Source of the DNA: Podarcis erhardii
Taxonomy: Eukaryota
Assembly: GCA_964252035.1 (NCBI GenBank)
Contig: OZ176213.1
Strand: one strand, 5' to 3'
DNA: 64,000 nucleotides
This document shows, piece by piece, positions 13,521 to 22,500 of the stretch; the first letter of the stretch is position 1, and each line of letters starts with the position of its first letter. A model generated the notes under the pieces. That model did not search any database, was not told the origin of the DNA, and saw only the letters and a program-made list of their open reading frames with translations. The position numbers and the translations under genes were made by a program.

Positions 13521-16500
13521 GTGGAAGCCTTTTGTGGCACATGATTTGCCTTTGCTGGCAACATTTCCCTCCCACCCACCTGCCCCCTATTGATTCTTTC
13601 TCTCTTGTTTTGTACAGAGCTGCTCTGGCTCATGCTCGGTGGACGTGGGCACCGTGTGGTGGGAAGCCGCTGACTTCACAGCACTGTGTGTTGTGACAGC
13701 TTGTGAGGCTTCCGTTTCCCTCTGGAGGCACCTGGAGTCTGGCCACTGGGACTCTGTACACACCTGGCACTTTACAAAGGTTAGAAAGAAGGGGTCTTTG
13801 CTCCTGCTGAAATAGAATATGTGTGGTCTGCCCCATGGTAGCTATCACCTGCAACTTGCTGCAGTTGCCGTTGAGTAACTTCTGGAAACAAAAACTGGCT
13901 CTGGACTTCTTCCCATTGGAGCATCTGGTTGGCCCTTGGGATAGCAATATGCTGGACCAGATGGGGCCCCCTTTGGCCTCTTCCAGCAGCCAGGCTCTTC
14001 TTGTCCTGGAAGGGGGAGCACAGATGAGGAGGAAGAGAGTTGATTCCTGTTTCTCTGATTCCCCAGGTTCCGGTCTTTCAGATTGTCCCTCTTCCAGGTA
14101 TCCAGAGCCTAGTGTGTGTTGCATTGGGAGGACTGGAGATTTCAGAGATCAGGTGAGTTGTGCCTGTTTTCAGAGATCCAAAATGTGTGTTCCTCCACAA
14201 CATAATCATTGTGCATCTTAAGTGTAACTTTAAAAATGCTTTTTGGGCTCCGAGTAGAGGCCAGCTCTACCGCTGTGGCCTTGAGGAAGGAACCTTGACA
14301 GTTAAGTCTTTGTGGTTATTTCTGAGTGCTGCTGCAGAGAAGTGAGACTGACCCTCTTATACCATGATGCCCTGCTCTTTGGGTATTAATAACTCAACCA
14401 ACTGTACTTCTGTTAGGCTGGCTGAAATGGCACAAAATAGTGTGCAGACTCTCAAATGCACCTTATCTGTGTCTCTCCCCCTACCCCACTTTGCATTGCT
14501 TGCCATCTAGCCTGATGGAGATCTCCTAGAAGTTATATCTACCAACTAGAATAGCTTTAAAAGAGTAGGATAAGGCCATGAATGGCTACTAGTCATGATG
14601 GCTATGTTCTACCTCCACTTTCAGAGGAAGCATCCTCTGAATACAAGTTGTTTGGAATCACAAGTGAGGAGAGGGCTACAGTTGCACTCAGGTTCCCCTT
14701 GTGGGCTTCCCAGAAGCATCTGGTTGGCCTCTATAATGCTGGACAAGATGGGCCTTTGGTATTTGATCTGTTTTAGCAGGGCCTTTTTTATGTTGTTAGT
14801 TTTGGAGAACTCGAAAGCTTGCACGGTATTTTCCGACATTTCAGCTGGCTTAATAACGGTATTGCTCCAATACGGATTTTGCAGTGGATTTTTACAGACC
14901 AGTACAGTTACCTTTTACTTTTTCAGCAAGTGGTGCTACAGGTTACTGAGTTACCACAGTTGTGCATAGAAAATGACACAGGAAACCTCCCATCAATGAC
15001 TTCGTGGCCTTTGGGAGAAGCAGAAATACAGAATTTCCTTGCAGTGCTCTGTAAAAGAGCTGAACATAGCAGACCCTTTTTGTAGTGAACATAAATACAC
15101 CCCAAACTCAGAAGTTCACAGTACATACTGTAAGACAGAGGCAAGGAATTATGAGGACTGCCTTGTCAAATAACCCTGTTTTTCTTGCATGGTAGCACAG
15201 AGATGTTACCAATACACTAAGGTTCTCAGCATACCTGCCAAAGTAAGTGCCGTTGGCATAAGGGAGGGATTACAAACATGCTTGGAATCGGGGCCAAAAG
15301 CTAACATGTCACCTTTTCTTCTAGGTTCTTGTTTTATTCTTCTGAAGATGGCTGTGTTAAGCAACCCCTCATCAAAACTGGAAACATAAATGCTGTCCTT
15401 GGACTAAAGAATAGGAGGCTGGTCAGTAGTTGTGGGTCACTCCAAGACCAAGAAGTGGAAGTTCTCTCTTTCTCTGATACAGGAAGGTGAGAGGTGGCGG
15501 TGGCAGCAGCAGTGGGAAAGGAAAGTTGGTGTTGGGGGGGGGGTCCACTGATCTCCTGGAGCAGCAGCCGAGACAAAAGGTGTTTTGCTGTCTTTGAGAC
15601 GTCTTCTACTTCTTTCAGCTTGGTTTCAACATCCCTGGGGGTTTCTTTTGTTTCTAGGAGTAAGGAGAGGCAGGCTTTGATGCCTCCTGAAGAGACTGTT
15701 TTGGCTTTTGCTGAAGTTGATGGGATGGAGGAGGCTTTAATTGCCTTGACTACCACAGATTGCTTGGTGGTCTGGTAAGCATTTGTATGGAGCTTACTTG
15801 CATCACTGCCAGAACAAAGTTTTTCTCTAAATCTAAATCTAAAAACTTCCCAGTGTCCTAAATTAATGAGACTCTGATGTTTGACTTATATTTCATAAGG
15901 AAACCAGAAAAAAGGTACACTGCAATTTTATAAATGTATATTCCACCCCCACTCACATGGGAGGAAATATTTGTTTGTGGGGAGAGGAGGCTAGTAAAGG
16001 ACACTTTAAATATTTTTAAATTATTTTTTAAAAATTAAGACTTGGTAATTCAACAGCATACATTTGTCTTACATTGTTTTAATTTTTGGGTGGGGTGGAA
16101 ACAATATTTTTAACAAGCTAATCTTGGCAAGCCCAGAAAGTAATGATTGATAGTGGATTTCCTGTGAACAGTCCTGAGACTTGTGGGTATGGAGTGGTAT
16201 ATTACTATTACTAATAATAATAATACTAATACAGTTGTACCTTGGTTTTTGAACAGCCTAGTTCTCGAACGTTTGGCTCCCAAACGATCGAAACCTGGAA
16301 GTGACTGAAACTCTCTTGGGTTTCAGACTGGGGAGTGTCTCCCAGCCCTACCTGGAGGGGCTAGAAATTGTACCCAAGTCTTTTTGAATGCAAAACAGGT
16401 GCACTACCACTGAGCCACAGGCCCTTCTTTGTACACAAAGCAAGCTACACAAGCTGGCATCAGTAGCCCAGTTAATACCCCTGGCTTAGAGGCCCCTTCC

Positions 16501-19500
16501 CAGCTCGCATCCATCTCCTTAGATAAGGGAGTAGCTGACAGGCAGCCGGCGGGAGAAGTCTCTCCTCTCCTAACTGAATCAGAACTAAGGCTTCAAAGCA
16601 GATAAACATACGTGACCTCATTTTTGCAGCAACTAACAATCAGTCTTGGGGTTATCCTGACTATCAAGATGTTGTTTACAGGCCTTCCAGAACATTTTCA
16701 CTGTTTGGTTCTACACCCCCCTCCTTTTGCTGCACTCTGTACAGGAGCAGGTGACATTTGCTTTCTCCTTTTGCAGGAACTTGACAACTGGGCAGCTGCT
16801 GAGGAAGGTTCCCCTTGGTTCTTCCTACCCAGGATCTGTCTGCCACAAAGCCTATTCTGACTCGGTATATCTCTTAAAGCAGGTTCTGCTCTGTGAAATA
16901 CACAGTACTGCAGTTTGGGCCGGGTCAAGGAGCAAGGCATCTTGGGGAAAAGGGGATCTGGGATTCAAGTTGCACCCTTGCACTTACCTCTCCCGTGCCC
17001 TCCCCTGATGTTCTGGTCTTTGTGTTGCACTAGCTCCCTAGCTCTAGACACCACCAAGGTCCATCTTTGACCTTGAAGGCCCTAAATCCCTTTAGTTCTG
17101 CATTCCTAGGAGCTTGCCTTCCCGCCTACATCCCATTGCAGTGTAAGGCATCAGCAAAGTCTCCATCAATATAGCTTTCTGTTCCCTGGGTTAAAATGTT
17201 TCTGGATTGGCATCTAAGAGCCAGACCAAAACGTTTCCCGATCTGAGATTTTAACAGAAGCTCTGTGTCAGGGTTTCTGGGAGAAGTGAGGAGATGGCAG
17301 AGGAGACGGAAAGCGAGTGGGAGGAGGGAGAGAGAGACGAGGAAGAAGATGACGGAATTCGAAGGGAATCTATGAGCCTAAGCAGTGAGTCAGAGGATTC
17401 CCAAAAGGGAGCTAGCATGATCAGGCGAAAAGCAGGAGAAGAGAGAAGCTGTGAAAAGTCAGGGAAGGAGGGGAGAAAGCCCAGTGAAGCACAGACGCTG
17501 TCAGAGGGGTCTCAGCCGGAACGGAGTAAAGGGGGTGGAGTTGTCAGCCTCTCGGAGGGAGGAGGAACAGGAGAAAACAGAGAGAGGGGGTTGGAGCAAG
17601 GTATTCAGCCGGAAAGGGTAGAGAGTGGAACAGGGGGCAGTATAGAGGACGAAGGAAAGGTCAAAAGCAACGTACGCGCGCCAAGTTCAAACATAGAGGC
17701 GCGCGGAAGTGGGGAAAGCTCAGAGGAGGAGCCCGGCCCCAAAGCCAGAAGGAGGGGGCAGGAGGCGGCAGAGGATTCAGCCTCAGGCGAATCCCGGAAA
17801 GAGAGAACCCAGGGGGGCAGAAAGACCCTGCGGAAAAGAAAGGAGAGGAAGAGGTGGTCTAGAGCCAGGCTATTAAGTTGGTGTGGAGGAGGGGAGGAGT
17901 CAGAGGGGGACTTCGGCGGTCTAACGTGACAGACGTACAGCCACAATGCTGAACTGTGAAAGAAGCAATTATCTTCAATAAACTTTTCCTGTAAGTAAAC
18001 TACAACGGAGTAAGGTCTCTCGTGAGCTGGGACCCACCTGGGTGGTTGTGACAGAAAGTCCCCCTCCCTCTGAAAGCAAAAATTTTTTTTTGCGAAGCTC
18101 ACGAACGGGGCAGCCATGAGTGCTGAGGAACAGCTGGCTGCACTCCGGGATCAGATTACCACTCTCACAACGGCAGTCATTGCTTCGCAGAAGAAGAATG
18201 CTGACTTGGAGAAAGCCTGCCAGGATTTGCAAGCAAGGTGGGAAAATGCGGACAAGGCGGGGACCCCGGGCTCCAGAGCGGAGGGCATTGCGCTTGGAAG
18301 GAGGGGGGGTGCCCTAGTTTCGCATTTTAATGGCAACTTGCAAGACTATCCCAACTTCAGGGCAGATGTCGTGTATGCACTGCATTTACTCCGTCATGAT
18401 TTTAGAGATGAGGAGGAGAGAGTGGGATTTATTGTTTCGCACCTGCATGGGGAGGCCAGGGCTTGGCTACGCAATCTGTGGCGCGAAGATGGACCAGCCC
18501 GTCGCAATGCAGATGCGTTTATCAAGGCAATGGATGCTTGTTTTCAATCCTCTGTGGATAAGGACATTGCGCGCCGGCAGATGCACGGGCTGAGGCAGGG
18601 GAGAGCCACTGTACGCCAATATCATTCTAAATTTTTTGCATTGCTCACCGCCTTAGATTGGCCGAAGGACAGTCTACCGGTCAGGGATCTTTTTTGGGAG
18701 GGATTGAGCCCCTCCGTCAAGGATGAGATCGCAAGGGGGGACAGACCCCAGACCCTGGAAGACGTGGTGCAACGGGCTTTGGCTATAGGAATTCGACATG
18801 AGGGACGTCCGTGGCACGAGGAGGGGGGGCCCCAAGCGCGCGCGCAAGCAAAAGCTCTCCCTTTTGTGCACAGGGATTTCAGCCGTGCGCACCCCTCACC
18901 AATGGGGAAGGAAGGCGAGGAGCCAATGGAGATTGGTGGTGCTAGGGCTCAAAAGCCATCCCAGAGCCCCATCCCTGCTGCAGCCAAAGCGAAGCCTCCT
19001 AGAGGGACCAGGAAGTGTTACATCTGCGACAGTGCACACCATATGGCGAAAGAGTGCCCCCAGAGGCTCCAGAAGCACACTGCAGCACTAGCAACTGTGA
19101 CAGCAGAGGTGCAATCAGAGGAGCAGCTTCAGGGAAACTGCAGTGCCTGGCTGGAAGCAGAGCTACTGGGGCTCAGCCAGGCGGATCTGTAGAGAAGTCC
19201 CCAGCATCCTTGCAGCGCATGGACCCTTTACCTCCCAAACCAGCAGTTTTACTCACAGCAACACTCCAGCTGCCTGATGGGCGACTTCTCGAGGTTCCAA
19301 CAACCATCGATTCGGGAAGCAACGCCGATTTCGTGGGATTACAGTTCGTCAAGCAGCATAACATAGCGCTCCTGCCTGCAACGACGCCTCTGAACGTGGT
19401 CACGGTAGACGGCAGGAAGTTGCTGGGGGGGCAAGTGGTGCAGCAAACCCCTCCCATGATGATGCAAATTGGAGACCATCGAGAGCTTATTAGTTTCAAT

Positions 19501-22500
19501 GTCACCCACTTATCGGACACGCCCATCGTGTTGGGCATGAGTTGGCTGGACAGGCACAGTCCCGCGGTTGCTTGGTACCAGAGGCAGATCACCTTTTGTT
19601 CATCGTATTGCGCCCAGAATTGCATCCAAACCGATCAAGGAGGAGAAGCCGAACAGCAGCTGCATCTGAGTATGGTGCAAGCGGTTCCTCACAAGTACGC
19701 GGAGTTCTTGGAGGTTTTCTGCGAAAAGGAAGCTGACAAATTGCCGCCTCACAGACCTTACGACTGCGCGATTGACTTAGTGCCAGGCGCGCAGTTGCCA
19801 ACTGCCAAGCTGTACTCCATGTCGGAAGACGAGCTGCAAGAGCTTCGGGAGTTCATAGAACACAACCTCAAGCGCGGATTCATCCAGGAATCTAAAGCAG
19901 CAGGAGGCAGTCCTGTTTTCTTTGTGAAAAAGAAAGACACGCCCCAGAAGAGGCTCATTGTGGACTACCGGTTCATAAACAGACTAACTAAGCCCAAGGC
20001 CTTCCCCATGCCCAAAATTGACGACCTTTTGGCTACAGTCAGGAGGGGGAAGATTTTTACCAAGCTGGATTTACGTGGAGCTTACAACCTCATCCGCATC
20101 AGGAAGGGCGACGAGTGGAAGACGGCCATGTTCACTCCTTTGGGCACGTACGAATACAGAGTTATGCCCTTCGGTCTACAAAATGGCAGCCATGTTTTCC
20201 AAGCATTCATGCATCACGTCCTGGCAGGTCTCCTCTACAAGAAGTGTGTCTGTTTTCTCGACGATATCCTGATTTTCTCGGAATCGCCAGAGGATCACGA
20301 TAAGGACGTGAAGGAAGTTCTGCAGAGGCTGAAGGAACACAGGCTGTACGCCAAGTTGGAGAAGTGCCAGTTTGATGTGAGAGAGGTAGATTTCCTTGGC
20401 TACAAGCTGTCCGACGAGGGACTGGCCATGGACAAGACTAAAGTCCAAGCGCTGTTGGACTGGAAAAGCCCTCGAAATCGGAAGGAGGTCCAGAGGTTCA
20501 TCGGCTTTGCCAATTTTTATCGCAAGTTTATTAAAGGTTTTGCAAACGCGACGGCGGCAATCACTGACACCCTCAGTTCCAAGAAGAAGAAGTTCGTCTG
20601 GACCGAACAAGCAGAGCGATCCTTTCGGAAGCTTAAAAGCCTTTTCGCCTCCGAGGAGCAGCTGCTGCACGTGAATCCGGGCAGGCCCATGCGGGTAGAG
20701 ACAGATGCATCAGACAGAGCAGTTGGGGCCGTCCTCTTGCAAGAGGATTCGCAAGGCAACTGGAGACCGGGTGCATTCTACTCCCGGAAGCTCAGCAAGA
20801 CGGAGCGCAACTACACCATATGGGACAGGGAGTTGTTGGCCATTCATGCAGCTTTCAAAGCGTGGCGACACTTCTTGATAGGAGCCAAGCACACGGTGCA
20901 GGTCCGCACGGATCACAAGAACTTGGAGTATTGGCGGACGGCTAAATTGCAAACCCAACGACACATGCGCTGGGCGGAATTCTTTGCGGATTTCGATTTC
21001 AAAATAGAATACATCCCTGGAGACTCCAATGTTATAGCAGACGCGCTGTCCCGAAAGCCTCAATACCTGGAGGAAGTAGCTCCAATCGCAGCGAAGTACA
21101 TTTTCGCACCGCAGGCGTGGACGTGCGCTACCATCGCAGTCGACCTGGACGCGGTGCGACGCGCGCTGCAAGAGGATCAGTTTGCACAATCCAAGATGGA
21201 GGAGCTCCGCAGAGGGTCGCCTGACAACAATGAGTTTCAGTTGCAGGATGGACTTTTGACTCGCAAGGGCGCCCTTTACGTGCCCACCGACGAGCTTCGC
21301 GCCACGGTTTTGCAACAATTGCACGATGCCCCGAGTGCGGGCCATTTCGGCAAAGAGAAGACGATGGAGTTGGTGGCAAGGGACTTTTGGTGGCCCCAGA
21401 TGAGAGGAGAGGTGGCGGACTACGTAGCCAGGTGCGATATCTGCCAGAGGTCCAAACCAGTGCATCAGAAGCAGGCGGGATTGTTAGAACCGCTGGAGAC
21501 ACCGCAGCAACCGTGGGAGAGGGTAGCGTTGGACTTTGTTACAGACCTGCCCAGCTCCAGAGGTAAGACGGCGGTGTTAGTGGTTGTGGACTTGTTCACC
21601 AAGATGGCGCACTTCATTCCTTGTGCCAAGGTGGCGACGGCAGAACAGACCGCAAAGCTCTTCATCGATCACGTCTTCAGAGTGCATGGACTACCGCAGT
21701 CCGTCTTGTCCGACAGGGGGCGCCAATTTGTTTCCACTTTCTGGCGGAAGCTTCTGGGTATCTTGCACGTCAAGATCAACCTGACGTCGGCGAGGCATCC
21801 ACAGACCAACGGTCAAGCGGAGAGGGTCAACGCGATCATGCAGCAGTACCTACGGTGTTACGCCAACCAGCGACCCGCGGCGTGGGTGGACTACCTGCCG
21901 ATGGCTGAGTTCGCCTACAACAACACGAAGCACGCATCCACCGGGGTGACGCCTTTCTTCGCGAACTATGGACGTCATCCCAGAACCTTCCCGAGCTTTA
22001 CAGCACCTGAAGGGGGGGGACCTCAAAATGCCGACCAGTTTGCAGCAGAGTTGCAAGAGGTGCACGAGGAGCTGCGGAGACATTTGGAGCTGGCAAAGCA
22101 GGCGTATAAGGTGCAAGCCGACAAACACAGAAGGGCGGGGGAAGACATTCAGGTTGGGGACTGGGTATGGTTAGCAGCCCACGCGATGCCGGCCAGGTCG
22201 TTGGCCAAAAAGAAGTTAGAACACAGGCAGCTAGGACCATATCAAGTTGAGGCTAAGATCAATCCGGTGGCTTTTCGCCTAGCCCTTCCGGAGGGCTCCA
22301 GGGTGCACCCGGTCTTTCATAGGTCGGTGCTCACTCCCTACAAAGCCCCACACAGGTTTCAAGAGTCAGGAGCACCTCCAGAGCCACGTAGAAGGGCGCC
22401 TGAGAGAGGGGAGTCGCCAAGACCAGAACCTCTTAATGAGGTCACAGAGATACTGGATTCACGATGGGGGGAGGAGGGAGTTGAATATTTTCTCGCCAGG

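Noticed and set aside
18054-18075. tRNA primer-binding site after the 5' LTR
   Set aside because: No TGG (anti-CCA) start; the sequence is instead complementary to the element's own predicted 5' end.
17605-18117. 170-aa antisense ORF across the LTR/leader (partial copy at 23355-23837)
   Set aside because: No recognisable domain, a low-complexity mirror of the purine-rich U3, and no antisense promoter evidence.
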